64,000 nucleotides of DNA, from NCBI GenBank assembly GCA_015233675.1, contig JADFXH010000011.1:526-64525 (forward strand), in the 5' to 3' direction. A model generated the notes under the pieces. It was not told the DNA's origin. It did no database searches and saw only the letters and a program-made list of their open reading frames with translations. This document shows positions 42,970-53,478 of this stretch, piece after piece. Each line of letters starts with the position of its first letter. The stretch's first letter is position 1. The translations under genes were made by a program, and so were the position numbers. The DNA is from Candidatus Omnitrophota bacterium. GTDB lineage: Bacteria > Omnitrophota > Gorgyraeia > Zapsychrales > Fredricksoniimonadaceae.

Positions 42970-43461
42970 TTGAGTAACGATATCTGGTCAAAACCACGAT
43001 CCTCTCTTTTTATAGGGATACCTTCCATAGTGTTTTGTGTGGGTGTGTTTATTTTTTGTTTTGTCCCAGGGTTCTGTAGTTCCTTCTGGCCTAGCGTTAA
43101 CGGAGAAGTGATTTCTTCTTCAGTCGCAAATGGCGCAGGGAGATCGGGGCCGCAGAAAATACTTGAAGTGACATACAAATATTCGGTTAATCATCGGTTG
43201 TATGTAGGTAAGAAAGTGACCTTTTCCTTGGCACAAAGGAGTGATTTCTTTTCTAGACAAGGCGGCAGGGTGCTTCCGGGCTTGGGATACCGTCCCGGCA
43301 GTCCCATTGCGGTGTATTATGAATCGGCCCATCCTGACAACTCAGTGCTGGTTCCGGGACTGCGTTGGTATGATTATCTTGCTGCGGGCTTCCTGGTTTT
43401 TTTAGGATACTCAATGGTGTACTTATGGATAATTTGCAAGAAATATAAATTGACGGTTTAG
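42970..43461 (+). CDS. DUF3592-like membrane protein inserted between queC and queE
   Basis: TM helices at both ends. Central YKYSVNHRLYVGKKV...PGSPIAVYYESAHPDNSVL. AAGGA + TTG start. Confidence 0.6.
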   Translation: MSNDIWSKPRSSLFIGIPSIVFCVGVFIFCFVPGFCSSFWPSVNGEVISSSVANGAGRSGPQKILEVTYKYSVNHRLYVGKKVTFSLAQRSDFFSRQGGRVLPGLGYRPGSPIAVYYESAHPDNSVLVPGLRWYDYLAAGFLVFLGYSMVYLWIICKKYKLTV

Positions 43462-43494
43462 ATCTTTTTTGCAGATAACAGATGTTCATAAAAC

Positions 43495-44184
43495 ATGAAT
43501 GCTAAAATTCTAGAAATCTTCCGGTCTATACAAGGTGAGGGTAAGTACGCCGGTGTCTCACAGGTCTTTGTGCGGTTTTTTGGGTGCAACATACATTGTG
43601 ACTGGTGCGATACGCCGGCTTCCATCGGTGACGGTAAGCGTGAGTATCAAGAATTGAGCCTTAAGGACGCCTTGGCCCAGGTCAATGTTTTGTATGAAAA
43701 TTCCCACTCCGTCAGTATCACCGGCGGTGAGCCGTTACTGCAGAAGGATTTCCTAAAAAGCTTTTGTCATGCCTTGCATCGGGAAGGCAAGAAGATATAT
43801 TTAGATGCCAACGGCACCCTGCCCGGTCCTTTACGGGAATTAATCAGGGACATTGATATTATCGCGATGGATATTAAATTGCCTTCATCTACTAGACAAA
43901 AAGCGTTTTGGGCAGAGCATAAGGAATTCTTAAAAGTTGCTTCAAAGCAAGAGGTCTTTGTAAAAGTTGTTGTTTCTATGGATACTCAAAAAAAAGAGAT
44001 TTTAAAGGCCGCAAAATTGGTGGCTTCCTTTGACCCTGAAATTTTATTTATCCTGCAGCCAAATTATACGGATATGAAAAAAGGGATCATTGAAGAATGT
44101 TTGGGTTATCAAAAATTATGTGCAAAAATCCTTAAAGACGTTAGAATATTGCCTCAAGTGCATAAGTTTATGAAGTTGCGTTAA
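43495..44184 (+). CDS. queE: 7-carboxy-7-deazaguanine synthase (radical SAM)
   Basis: IFRSIQGEGKYAGVSQVFVRFFGCNIHCDWCDT. Confidence 0.9.
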   Translation: MNAKILEIFRSIQGEGKYAGVSQVFVRFFGCNIHCDWCDTPASIGDGKREYQELSLKDALAQVNVLYENSHSVSITGGEPLLQKDFLKSFCHALHREGKKIYLDANGTLPGPLRELIRDIDIIAMDIKLPSSTRQKAFWAEHKEFLKVASKQEVFVKVVVSMDTQKKEILKAAKLVASFDPEILFILQPNYTDMKKGIIEECLGYQKLCAKILKDVRILPQVHKFMKLR

Positions 44185-44187
44185 AGG

Positions 44188-44235
44188 ACTCCCCTTAACC
44201 CCCTCTTTATGTTAAAGATGGGGGAAGGGGGAGTT
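44188..44235. repeat. G/C-rich hairpin repeat, copy E
   Basis: actccccttaaccccc...tgggggaagggggagt imperfect inverted repeat. Confidence 0.6.
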
Positions 44236-44253
44236 AAATTTTAGAAAGGGAAA

Positions 44254-44658
44254 ATGAAGAAAGTCAGCTCATACGAAGGCCGTCAAAAAGATATCCGTAC
44301 GCTTAAGATGCCGGATATAGAAGTGTGGGAGAATCAATATTCAGACAGGGACTACGTTGTGGATTTGACCATCCCTGAATTCACTTGTATTTGTCCAAAA
44401 ACAGCTTTGCCGGATTTTGCCGTTATTAAGGTCAGCTATAAACCGGCCAAGGTTTGCCTGGAACTGAAATCATTAAAGTTATATTTGGTAGAATACCGCA
44501 ATGTGGGAATTTTCCATGAGCATTTAGTCAATAAACTTTTGGATGATCTGGTAAAAGCCTGTCAACCCCGCTGGATGCGTGTTGAAGTGATCATGAACCC
44601 GCGCGGCGGGATCGGGACAATGGTATCAGCTGAGTATCCAAAGAACAAGAAACGTTAA
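44254..44658 (+). CDS. queF: NADPH-dependent 7-cyano-7-deazaguanine reductase (unimodular type)
   Basis: EFTCICPKTALPDFA...ELKSLKLYLVEYRNVGIFHE. Confidence 0.9.
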   Translation: MKKVSSYEGRQKDIRTLKMPDIEVWENQYSDRDYVVDLTIPEFTCICPKTALPDFAVIKVSYKPAKVCLELKSLKLYLVEYRNVGIFHEHLVNKLLDDLVKACQPRWMRVEVIMNPRGGIGTMVSAEYPKNKKR

Positions 44659-44702
44659 TTTTGGTGTCATTGCGCGTAATGACACATAATTAGGAAATTT
44701 CT

Positions 44703-45425
44703 ATGAAAAGACCCGACGGACGTAAATCCAATCAACTGCGTAAGGTCAAGGTCACAAAGAATTACATGAAAAATGCAGAAGGATCCTGCCTTATAGAATT
44801 TGGCGAGACCAAGGTCATTTGTACTGCTTCTGTTGAAGAGGGAGTGCCGCCATTCCTTAAAGGTTCAGGCAAAGGATGGGTGACCGCGGAATACGGCATG
44901 CTGCCGCGTTCTTGTACCAGCCGCATCCGGCGCGAGAAAACGTCCGGCCGTACCGAGGAAATACAGAGGCTGGTAGGCCGCAGCTTGCGCTCAGTCGTTG
45001 ACATGGAAAAGTTAGGTGAACGCACCATCCGTATTGATTGCGATGTCCTGCAGGGCGACGGGGGGACACGCACAGCTTCCATCACCGGAGGTTTCATCGC
45101 TTTAGCCGATGCGATAGGGTGGATGTGCCAGCAGAAGATGATTGATACAATGCCTATAAAAGGTTTTGTTGCGGCGGTCAGTGTCGGAGTTTATCAGGGC
45201 GTTAATGTTTTGGATTTAAATTATATCGAAGATTCCAAAGCAGACGTGGATATGAATGTGGTGATGACCGGGCGCGGTGAATTTGTCGAGGTTCAGGGTA
45301 CCGGTGAGGGCGGCACTTTTTCAGAAGGGCAGATGCTCTCCCTGCTGGGGCTGGCGCGCCGCGGCATCAAAGAACTTTTAAGTTTGCAAAAGAATAATTT
45401 ACCTGATTTAAAGGTTAAGCCGTGA
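44703..45425 (+). CDS. rph: Ribonuclease PH
   Basis: [11 protein letters not shown]...[10 protein letters not shown]...[17 protein letters not shown]. Confidence 0.95.
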   Translation: MKRPDGRKSNQLRKVKVTKNYMKNAEGSCLIEFGETKVICTASVEEGVPPFLKGSGKGWVTAEYGMLPRSCTSRIRREKTSGRTEEIQRLVGRSLRSVVDMEKLGERTIRIDCDVLQGDGGTRTASITGGFIALADAIGWMCQQKMIDTMPIKGFVAAVSVGVYQGVNVLDLNYIEDSKADVDMNVVMTGRGEFVEVQGTGEGGTFSEGQMLSLLGLARRGIKELLSLQKNNLPDLKVKP

Positions 45426-46030
45426 AAGAACTGATAGTCGCATCCCGCAATAAAGGCAAGGTCGCGGAAATTAAAGAATTATTAGCAGGCCTTCCTTTCA
45501 AGGTTACCTCGCTTTTGGATTATCCCGATATTCCGGACATCGTTGAGGATGGCAGGACATACCGTGCCAACGCTTTAAAGAAAGCCCGTGAAACTGCGCT
45601 TGCGACGGGGAAAATGGCTATGTCGGATGACTCAGGGATTGAAGTCAGGGCCCTTAGCAATGCTCCGGGTATCTATTCTTCCCGTTTTGCCGGTAAAGGG
45701 GCTAGTGAAAAGGCCAGGAATAAGAAATTATTTGCGATGCTAAAAGGCGTGCCTATGCATAAGCGTCAGGCGCGTTACCGTTGTGTGATAGCTTTGGTCA
45801 ATGCCAAGGGGCAGGAGTTAGGCGTTGTTCAGGGCACTTGTAGCGGCTATGTTACAACCAGGGACATGGGTGAAAATGGTTTTGGTTTTGACCCTCTTTT
45901 TCTTCTTAAGCGCTACAATAAGACCTTTGGCCAGCTTCCCGCCGCACTTAAGGCAAGAATTTCCCACCGAGCCAGGGCACTTAAAAAATTCCGCGTCCTG
46001 TTGGGTGAGGTTACTGCAACAGATTTTTAA
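45422..46030 (+). CDS. rdgB: dITP/XTP pyrophosphatase (RdgB/HAM1)
   Basis: [15 protein letters not shown]...DDSGIEV...GFGFDPLF...ISHRARA. Confidence 0.92.
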   Translation: MKELIVASRNKGKVAEIKELLAGLPFKVTSLLDYPDIPDIVEDGRTYRANALKKARETALATGKMAMSDDSGIEVRALSNAPGIYSSRFAGKGASEKARNKKLFAMLKGVPMHKRQARYRCVIALVNAKGQELGVVQGTCSGYVTTRDMGENGFGFDPLFLLKRYNKTFGQLPAALKARISHRARALKKFRVLLGEVTATDF

Positions 46031-49000
46031 GAAGGGTATTGATAACTTGGGGTACGGATATTTTCTTTTTGAATTTGGGGTTGGCGATATTATCGTAAAT
46101 TCGAATGTTAAGGCTTTTGAGCATATCATGGGCAATGTCCGGGACAGCTCCCGAGCTTAAATCTACCGTCACATTCAAATCACAGGCTTGATCAAAATTA
46201 ACCCAGCCTTTGCCTAAAAGCACGATGGTGGGGCCTTTAAGCCTTAAGTTATCAGTATTGATTTTTTGGGCCTCGATGGTGAAATTGCCATCGACATCAG
46301 TGATCATCACCTGTCCCAAGCGCATGGCTTCGTTTAGAATGCCCAGCAACCCTTTAAATAAATTGAATTCTCCCAAGTATCCATCCCGTATCCCTAAAGA
46401 ACCGGTGGCATGGATATTATTTTTAAAATCAGCTATTGTGCCATGGGCCAGGGTTGTTAAATAAACCTTACCGTCGATTTCATTCATTTTTAGGGGAGAG
46501 TCCATTTTTAATTTGTGTAGGTCGGTGTTATCAATGTTTAAAGCGAAATCATAAGGCATTCCCCTGCCCAATAAGTCCACAGAGCTTACCGCATGCACTG
46601 TCCCGTCGTATAATTTTCCGTCGAAGGTTAAATTTTTGATTTTGCCTTCATCCTGCTCGAAGTTGATTTTTAAATCATTTAGTTTGTACCCCATGAGGCT
46701 AAGCGTCGGGCTCGTGATAGTGGCATTGAGGGTGTAATTTTTAAAATCAAAAGATGTCCCTTGTAGGTTTGAGCTCATGCTGATTATTCCTGTTGGGTGT
46801 AAAGACTGAATATTTTTCTTTTGTGGGTAGGGCAGCTCTTTAATGATGTTTTCTAAAAGCAAAGACGCATTGGTATTGATATTAAATACAGGCCCCTTGT
46901 TCTCGCGCAGGGTGATGGTTCCCGTGCTGTTAAAGGCCGCGTTCATATATTTTCCTGCTAAAGCATTGATGGTGATGACGTTGTTGTTCTTGGCAATATC
47001 CGCTTTCAGTTGTAAATCAGGGCCGTTTAGCGTAGCGAGGATGGCAGGTTTTTTTAAATTCTCGAGACTGCCGGCTATGGTGTAATGTTTGCCGAGATAA
47101 ACGGCAGTAAAGTCGCGCCATTTAAATGAGTCGGGTGAGGCTTCAACAATGCCGGTGATATTCTTGATCTGTTGGTGAAATATGCTGCTGGTAATATCAG
47201 CGTTCTTAACAGAAGCCACTGCCAGGATTTTTGCAGCCAGCGGGTCAGCCATCAGCCCTTCAAATTGGACTTTGACAAAGCTGGTGCCATTGAAGGTCAA
47301 GCCGTATTGGCGGGCCATTGGGGGGAGGATGTCTTTAATTTTAGCTAAATTTAATTCTTCCGCATCTGCGGTGATATTTAAAAAAGGGTTCTTAAAATTT
47401 TTGACACTGCCGGTTATTCGGACATTAGTATCAAGAATATTAACTGTGAGGGCGTTAATGGTGGCTTCATCGTTCTGGAAGTCAGCATCTAATTCGACAT
47501 TGTCAAGGGATTGGATTGGCGCAAACCCTTTAAAATGGCCGTCGGAAAGAGTGACAGCTCCTTTATAGGTCAGCTGTTGGAAATCGTTGAGGGGCATCCT
47601 TACGGTTAACTCCAGCCTTGGGTCAGCTTCGATGGTTTTGTGATGGTCTAAAACAAGCTTTCCATGTGAGGCATTCAGGATGGCAGATGCTTTTATGATG
47701 CTGTCTTCTAAATTGAAATATAATTTTTCTGTTTGCAGGGAACCTGAAGCCAAAAGCCCGTTCCCAAGGGACATTGTCATATCATCGGCTGATAATTTTG
47801 TTTCCAGGTCGATATTCTTTTGGTTCATGACGCTTAACCGGACATTTTCAAGAAGGATGTGCCGGCCGATTAAATTTTTATCATCGATGCTGGTAGAAAA
47901 ATTATCAGCCCGGAGTTCTCCTTCTAGGCGAATGTCATTCTCATCTTTCATGCGCATGGTCACGGCTTTAAGGGCAATGTCTCCTTGAAGTTTTTGTTTA
48001 GGCCACTGGATAGAAAGACCGCGTGTTTCAATGCTTCCGACGGATTGAATGCCGTCCATATCTTTTCTTATCCTGACATTGTCCAGGATTACGCCTTGGA
48101 CCTGTACTTGACGGTCTTTTAAATTTACCGTAATGTTTTGTGCGTGAAGGGATCCAATGAAGGAAGAGCCCTCTTTAGTCAATTCGAAATCATTCACTTT
48201 TGTTTGTACGCTGCCGCCGGCGGAAAACTCGGGTGACCTGGTTTGTATGTTGTTTAAGACCATTTGTCCCCGTGCCTTTATATTGCCGTTTTGATATTGC
48301 GCATCCAAATTGCGGATTTCGATATCGCCTTTGAAATTCTGTTCTTGGCTGCTTATATCTAGATTTTGCATGTTCACATCGCCCTGTGCGGATGTTTTGT
48401 CCTGAGTGTAGCTGATATTCAAATTAATTTCTTTGATTATCCCGCTTTCTAAATGCATGTCGGGGATATTAATGAGCGATAAATATGAAGCGGTATTGAT
48501 ATTTTTCAGATGAATTTGAGCCTGTGTGTTTTTGGTAATAGGCTGATAATAAACAGTTGCTCCCACAAAGCCTTTTTTATCGGGGATATCTGTAGTCAAG
48601 CTATAATTAATCCCTTTATAAGAAAGAGAAAGTTTTAAATTAATATTATCGAAAAATTCACTCCAGTTGTTAGGAGAAGACACATCATCAAGCAGGGCTT
48701 TCCCATCGTTGATAGTAATTCCGCCCCAGGCTATCTCAAATGCAGGCGATTTTTCTTCCGTCACCGGTGTTGCTGTCGGAGGGGATGGGGTATACATATC
48801 GCTAAAGTTCCAGATGGCGTCAGAGGTGCGTATTAAATGGACTGAAGGGGCACTCACATTGATATAGGGAATGGTGATCCTGTAGCGCTTGAGTCCGGGG
48901 AAGAAAATAATTCCAAAGGAGACTTGGTCTGCCTGGGCGAATACGGCGCCGGTTGGGGCCTTTTCATAAATTTTTATTTTATCAATAACAAACCCCCTGA

Positions 49001-49193
49001 CCCAGCTAAAGCGGATACTGCCAATTTCTACTTTTCTATTGATGGCGATTTCAATGCGTTCAATGGCAACTTTCTTGATTAACCGGGGGAATATAACACG
49101 GTTAGCGTAAGAAGTAAGTGCAGCCAGGAAAAATAATACAGCACATATAATGATAAGGACTTTTTTAAGACTCATAAGGCTTTTATTATACAC
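46011..49193 (-). CDS. AsmA/TamB-like large envelope protein
   Basis: 1060 aa, N-terminal TM anchor, long beta-rich repetitive body, AsmA-like C-terminus. Confidence 0.65.
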   Translation of the reverse strand: MYNKSLMSLKKVLIIICAVLFFLAALTSYANRVIFPRLIKKVAIERIEIAINRKVEIGSIRFSWVRGFVIDKIKIYEKAPTGAVFAQADQVSFGIIFFPGLKRYRITIPYINVSAPSVHLIRTSDAIWNFSDMYTPSPPTATPVTEEKSPAFEIAWGGITINDGKALLDDVSSPNNWSEFFDNINLKLSLSYKGINYSLTTDIPDKKGFVGATVYYQPITKNTQAQIHLKNINTASYLSLINIPDMHLESGIIKEINLNISYTQDKTSAQGDVNMQNLDISSQEQNFKGDIEIRNLDAQYQNGNIKARGQMVLNNIQTRSPEFSAGGSVQTKVNDFELTKEGSSFIGSLHAQNITVNLKDRQVQVQGVILDNVRIRKDMDGIQSVGSIETRGLSIQWPKQKLQGDIALKAVTMRMKDENDIRLEGELRADNFSTSIDDKNLIGRHILLENVRLSVMNQKNIDLETKLSADDMTMSLGNGLLASGSLQTEKLYFNLEDSIIKASAILNASHGKLVLDHHKTIEADPRLELTVRMPLNDFQQLTYKGAVTLSDGHFKGFAPIQSLDNVELDADFQNDEATINALTVNILDTNVRITGSVKNFKNPFLNITADAEELNLAKIKDILPPMARQYGLTFNGTSFVKVQFEGLMADPLAAKILAVASVKNADITSSIFHQQIKNITGIVEASPDSFKWRDFTAVYLGKHYTIAGSLENLKKPAILATLNGPDLQLKADIAKNNNVITINALAGKYMNAAFNSTGTITLRENKGPVFNINTNASLLLENIIKELPYPQKKNIQSLHPTGIISMSSNLQGTSFDFKNYTLNATITSPTLSLMGYKLNDLKINFEQDEGKIKNLTFDGKLYDGTVHAVSSVDLLGRGMPYDFALNIDNTDLHKLKMDSPLKMNEIDGKVYLTTLAHGTIADFKNNIHATGSLGIRDGYLGEFNLFKGLLGILNEAMRLGQVMITDVDGNFTIEAQKINTDNLRLKGPTIVLLGKGWVNFDQACDLNVTVDLSSGAVPDIAHDMLKSLNIRIYDNIANPKFKKKISVPQVINTLLKNLLQ

Positions 49194-49241
49194 CGCTTAT
49201 TTTTGATTTCAATGCGCAGGAGTTTTGAAAGAACCTAAGAA

Positions 49242-50813
49242 CTATCTGTACAGTTTATAGCCCCAGCCGTTACCGGGCAAGGCCTCCTTGCTGACTTGCA
49301 AGGCGTAGCGGGAAATTAAGTCCGCATTTTGGGCAGTGCGTCTTAAGAAAATAATCGCATAATTATCCACAAAAACAGGGACCCAGGAAGGATCGTCTAA
49401 GCGCGCAATGATAAATTTATACCAACCCCAATCCTTTTGATCATGACGGTCAAAGAAAATGACATTAAAATGAAACAGCGCCAAAGTTTTCTCCCAGTTG
49501 GCATCATTTAACTGCATGGGAATAAAAATTCCCTTGAAAAAAAAGTCCGGGTAGGCCTCTTTGCGGTCATCGACAAATAATTTGTTATCAGGGCTCAAAT
49601 GAAAAATTAAATATCCGCCGATATCATAATTATTAAAAATGGGGCCTTTGAGGCCGGCTTGCTTAAAAAATTGAGCTGAGGCATTGACACCGGACTCAAG
49701 GCCAAGGGCAGGGCCTTGTTTCCGGTTGAAATTGAAAAAAGGCGACGCCAAAATGCCGGCTATTATAAACATTGTCACCAGAATTCTTTTAAGAACAGGA
49801 CGATCTTCCTTCAGGTGTTCGCCCCAAGCGTAAGAGGCCAAGGGGATAAAGAAATATCCATAAGGGGATATAAAACGAATACATTTTATCGATGCTATGG
49901 TAAACAATGCGATTAATATCAACATGGAAATGTGCGGCTTGATCCCTTGTTTTTTGATCACAGATATCCATGGTAGTATCAAGAGCGGTATCGTTGCCAA
50001 AAAATAATAAATAAGCTTATCATGCGGAGCGTTTTTAAGAGCAAAAAAAACAGATTGCTCTTCATTGACATTCACTCCGAAATGCTTGAAAGCCTCAAGA
50101 GGCAGTAAAGCTCCTGCTATCCCGGAAGGGTTTGCCAGGCACATCCCAAGCGAAAGCCAAAAGGAGGCCTTAAGGGCATTCGCATGATCTTTGTTTCCGT
50201 CGATATTAGCCTGCAGCCAAAACAAGCCGATTAACAAAGGCCCCAGGATAAAGAAAACGTGAGTATTGACCCAGATCAGTTGTAAAAGGGCGAAGCATAT
50301 ACATAAAAAACTAGGTTTAAGACGGCCTTGTTGATGAAAAATACAAAGCCACCAATACAGTATGCAAAAAAGAAGGGTAATCCCTTCGGGGCGGATTTCT
50401 ACCCGGCAAGTCAATAACGGAAAACTCAATAAGCTAAAAGCGCAGGCTAAGGCAAAAGAAGAAAGGCGCTGGGCTTGACGAAAAAAAAGCCAAAAGGTGG
50501 CAAGAATAAGAACAGCATAGACCAAGGAGAGGCCGGAAAAATCGAAGAGACGCCAGACAATATAACAAAAAATTCCAAAGAGCCAGTGGTGGTTGACAAA
50601 AGGATATTGACCGCAGGTGTATGAGTAATAATTTTTATATAGGACATCCTTGACGCCGGAGAGGAGAAGTTCGCCGTTTTTTATATGACGTCCGATGTCC
50701 GCTCCTGCTAATTTAATAGGCTGGGCTACATGGCAAAACAGCCAAAACATAAGCAGAACTAATACTATTCGCTGTTTGATAGCATTTTTAATAAAAATCC
50801 CCTCTTTTTTCAT
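49242..50813 (-). CDS. Polytopic membrane protein (possible GT-C-like glycosyltransferase) with a soluble C-terminal domain
   Basis: More than 10 hydrophobic segments, followed by a ~150-aa hydrophilic tail. Confidence 0.5.
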   Translation of the reverse strand: MKKEGIFIKNAIKQRIVLVLLMFWLFCHVAQPIKLAGADIGRHIKNGELLLSGVKDVLYKNYYSYTCGQYPFVNHHWLFGIFCYIVWRLFDFSGLSLVYAVLILATFWLFFRQAQRLSSFALACAFSLLSFPLLTCRVEIRPEGITLLFCILYWWLCIFHQQGRLKPSFLCICFALLQLIWVNTHVFFILGPLLIGLFWLQANIDGNKDHANALKASFWLSLGMCLANPSGIAGALLPLEAFKHFGVNVNEEQSVFFALKNAPHDKLIYYFLATIPLLILPWISVIKKQGIKPHISMLILIALFTIASIKCIRFISPYGYFFIPLASYAWGEHLKEDRPVLKRILVTMFIIAGILASPFFNFNRKQGPALGLESGVNASAQFFKQAGLKGPIFNNYDIGGYLIFHLSPDNKLFVDDRKEAYPDFFFKGIFIPMQLNDANWEKTLALFHFNVIFFDRHDQKDWGWYKFIIARLDDPSWVPVFVDNYAIIFLRRTAQNADLISRYALQVSKEALPGNGWGYKLYR

Positions 50814-50828
50814 TTTTTACCTTCCCTT

Positions 50829-50945
50829 CAGACTGTGCCACATGAAGGGTCAGTTTGTAATAGTGGATTCCCGCTTGCGCGGGAATGACAAACTTCTAAT
50901 AAATGACAAAATCTATTATGTCATCCCCGCGAAAGCGGGGATCCA
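50829..50945. repeat. Composite dispersed repeat, copy 2
   Basis: Same leader and both palindromic units as 14499-14597, with an 18-bp internal insertion (aacttctaataaatgaca). Confidence 0.8.
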
Positions 50946-51110
50946 TTACCAAAGTTGAGCGCTTTTTGTAAAAAACATATTTCGTCGATTCTCTCTGTCC
51001 GCTAAATTCTAAAATTAGGATAACATTTTGAATAATGCTTATCAATAAAAGTCCGTTTTAATGATTAGGAGTGTTATGCTAAACGTCTTTTAGGAGTGTT
51101 TTTCGGGGAG

Positions 51111-51791
51111 TTAAAAATTATTAGTTGCCCAAGAATTTGAACCGTTGTAAGTGCCTGTCGGACAGGATGATGTGTCAGAGGCCACACTGTTCCAAGGTAC
51201 TGACAATTGACAGTACCCTCCTCCGGAACAATATGGCTGCCACGAGCAACATCTTCGGCCGGTTTTGTGCTGAACACAATCATTAAAACATGCTGCGGCA
51301 TTGGGCTCAGTTTGAGACCACTTGGTATTGCCGGTGCAATAAGATCCATATGAATAGTTTCCGGAAGGTTGGGAATTCTTTCCAGTTGTTGCGGCTCCGG
51401 CCGCTGCGCCTCCACACTGTGAAGATCCCTCCCATGAACTCGTTATCGGCGTTGCCGCACAGCAAAATCCATCATTGGCAAAGTTAAGATCATTACTGGC
51501 GGTTGGGATGCTGCAGGCATAAGTATAGTAGTCGTCGCGGATATTTACAGACAAAGAATTATTAATGCTGGTAAGATTACTACAGGAGGTACTGCCGATA
51601 CAATAGCTGCCATGATTGAGATAGTAATTATTTTGCGCGTTCATAATAACCGCAACATTGTTCTTGGCAGCATTGTAAGCCTGGTCTGCTATAATAGCGC
51701 TAAAACCGGAGACAACGATAGCCGCTAAAACCCCTATAATTACCATGACGATGATGATTTCTATTAACGTAAACCCTTTTTTCCCAGCCAT
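51111..51791 (-). CDS. Type IV pilin/pseudopilin-like protein with a Cys-rich C-terminal domain
   Basis: Prepilin N-terminus MAGKKGFTLIEIIIVMVIIGVLAAI. 14 Cys in the globular part. Confidence 0.85.
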   Translation of the reverse strand: MAGKKGFTLIEIIIVMVIIGVLAAIVVSGFSAIIADQAYNAAKNNVAVIMNAQNNYYLNHGSYCIGSTSCSNLTSINNSLSVNIRDDYYTYACSIPTASNDLNFANDGFCCAATPITSSWEGSSQCGGAAAGAATTGKNSQPSGNYSYGSYCTGNTKWSQTEPNAAACFNDCVQHKTGRRCCSWQPYCSGGGYCQLSVPWNSVASDTSSCPTGTYNGSNSWATNNF

Positions 51792-51931
51792 ATAAGTCCT
51801 CTAATTAATGTATATCATTATATTTATTAAAAATCAAATATTGTTAAATATATGTTAAATCTGCTTAAATCTGCTTATACTTGTTTTTTGAGTTGATATA
51901 TGGGATACTTTTAATATAGGGGGGGTATTTT

Positions 51932-53335
51932 ATGTGCGCTTATTTTGCAGGTGATCCGGAGCTTAATTTACTCAATCCGGAATCGCAGAAAATATTCCGG
52001 GATCTTATTGAGAATATAAAAGTGGGCGTTTTTATGGCTGATTCCCACAGTAACCTTTTTTATGTCAACCATGCTTTTAATGAAACATTTAATTTTCCGA
52101 ATCATAACCATGCCACTGGTAAGAATTGGATAGCCCTTCTTTTTCCCGACCCTAAAATTTGTGCTGATTTTCAGGCTAAATTCCAATTAAATGGCTTTGT
52201 GATAGATTTTGAAACTACATGTGTGAACTCTTCAGGTCAAAAGTATTCGCTGATGGTCACCGTCAATCATATCTATAATGATAAGGGGAGCATCATTGGA
52301 GTCCGCGGTGTTACCGTAGACATATCTGAACACCATAAATTAGAAGAACAATTGAGCATCAGACAGCAAAAGCTTGAAAAAATCCTCGATTTTTATAATA
52401 GATTGAGCGACATAATGGTATTGCATGAGCTAAACGACTCCATTGTTCAGCAAGTTGCCCAAATTTTAGGAGCCGGGCGTTGTTCGATCATGTATATCAA
52501 CTCTTCAGGAGACGAGCTTTCTATAAAGGCTTCCTATGGGATTAGTGAAGAATTTGTGCGTGATTCCAGCGTTAAAATCGGAACTCCTGTTGCCGGGCTC
52601 ATTGCTCTTAAAAGCCAGTCCATCATTGTTGATAATATTGAATATCATGAACAATTCAAACGACAAAATAGAAAAAGTTATTCCTCACGTTCTTTTATGA
52701 GCGCTCCTCTTATGTATAATCAAAAGCTAATCGGCATAATTAACGTTTCCGAAAGACAGGGGCCTTTCACACCAACGGATTTAAAAGTATTAGAAACCAT
52801 TGCCAAACAGGCAGCTATTAATATTTGTAAGCTTCAACTTTTGAACAATTTTGAATACTTATCCCAGACAGATTCCATGACAGGGCTTTACAATTATCGT
52901 GCTTTTATCCAAAAATTGGAAGAAGAGATATCGCGGTTTTCCCGCTACGGACATGAATTCAGTTTAATGATGGTAGACGTGGATAATTTTAAAACATTTA
53001 ATGACCAGTACGGACATATGAGCGGAGATAAGCTCCTAAAGAGATTAGCTGATATGTTTAAGAATAATTTACGTTCATTTGAGCATGTCTGTCGTTATGG
53101 AGGGGACGAGTTTGCTATTATTTTACCTAATACGGACAGTTCCAAGTCTGCCATTGTGGGAGAAAAGCTTTGTGATAAAGTCAGGAAGGAATTCGCGCAG
53201 GATAAAATTTCTTTAAGTATCGGCGTGGCAGAATTTCAGGCCAACTCCAATAAAGAAACTCTAATACAACAAGCTGATCAAGCGTTATATCAAGCCAAAG
53301 AATCCGGAAGAAACACAGTCCGCATTTTTAAATGA
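51932..53335 (+). CDS. PAS-GAF-GGDEF diguanylate cyclase
   Basis: RYGGDEFAIILP active-site motif, preceded by GAF (GRCSIMYI...) and PAS. Confidence 0.9.
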   Translation: MCAYFAGDPELNLLNPESQKIFRDLIENIKVGVFMADSHSNLFYVNHAFNETFNFPNHNHATGKNWIALLFPDPKICADFQAKFQLNGFVIDFETTCVNSSGQKYSLMVTVNHIYNDKGSIIGVRGVTVDISEHHKLEEQLSIRQQKLEKILDFYNRLSDIMVLHELNDSIVQQVAQILGAGRCSIMYINSSGDELSIKASYGISEEFVRDSSVKIGTPVAGLIALKSQSIIVDNIEYHEQFKRQNRKSYSSRSFMSAPLMYNQKLIGIINVSERQGPFTPTDLKVLETIAKQAAINICKLQLLNNFEYLSQTDSMTGLYNYRAFIQKLEEEISRFSRYGHEFSLMMVDVDNFKTFNDQYGHMSGDKLLKRLADMFKNNLRSFEHVCRYGGDEFAIILPNTDSSKSAIVGEKLCDKVRKEFAQDKISLSIGVAEFQANSNKETLIQQADQALYQAKESGRNTVRIFK

Positions 53336-53478
53336 ATCTTGAAAAAAATAATTCCTTCAGCCGTTTTTTACCCATAAGGGTATCATTTAAACAGACATTT
53401 TTATTTATATATCAAGCGCTCGTCGAAGGTAGCGTTTTTCCAAAGTAACCTCCTGTCCTTGTTTTACATCTATATCCA

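Noticed and set aside
41600-44260. Looked for preQ1-I/II riboswitch motifs upstream of queD, queC, queE and queF.
   Set aside because: queD overlaps murI, and the other leaders contain only the dispersed hairpin repeats. No preQ1-like consensus was recognised by eye; an Infernal scan would be needed to be sure.
46011-46030. 20-bp overlap of the convergent 3' ends of rdgB (+) and the AsmA-like gene (-).
   Set aside because: Convergent terminal overlaps of this size are common in compact genomes. I see no extra structure.
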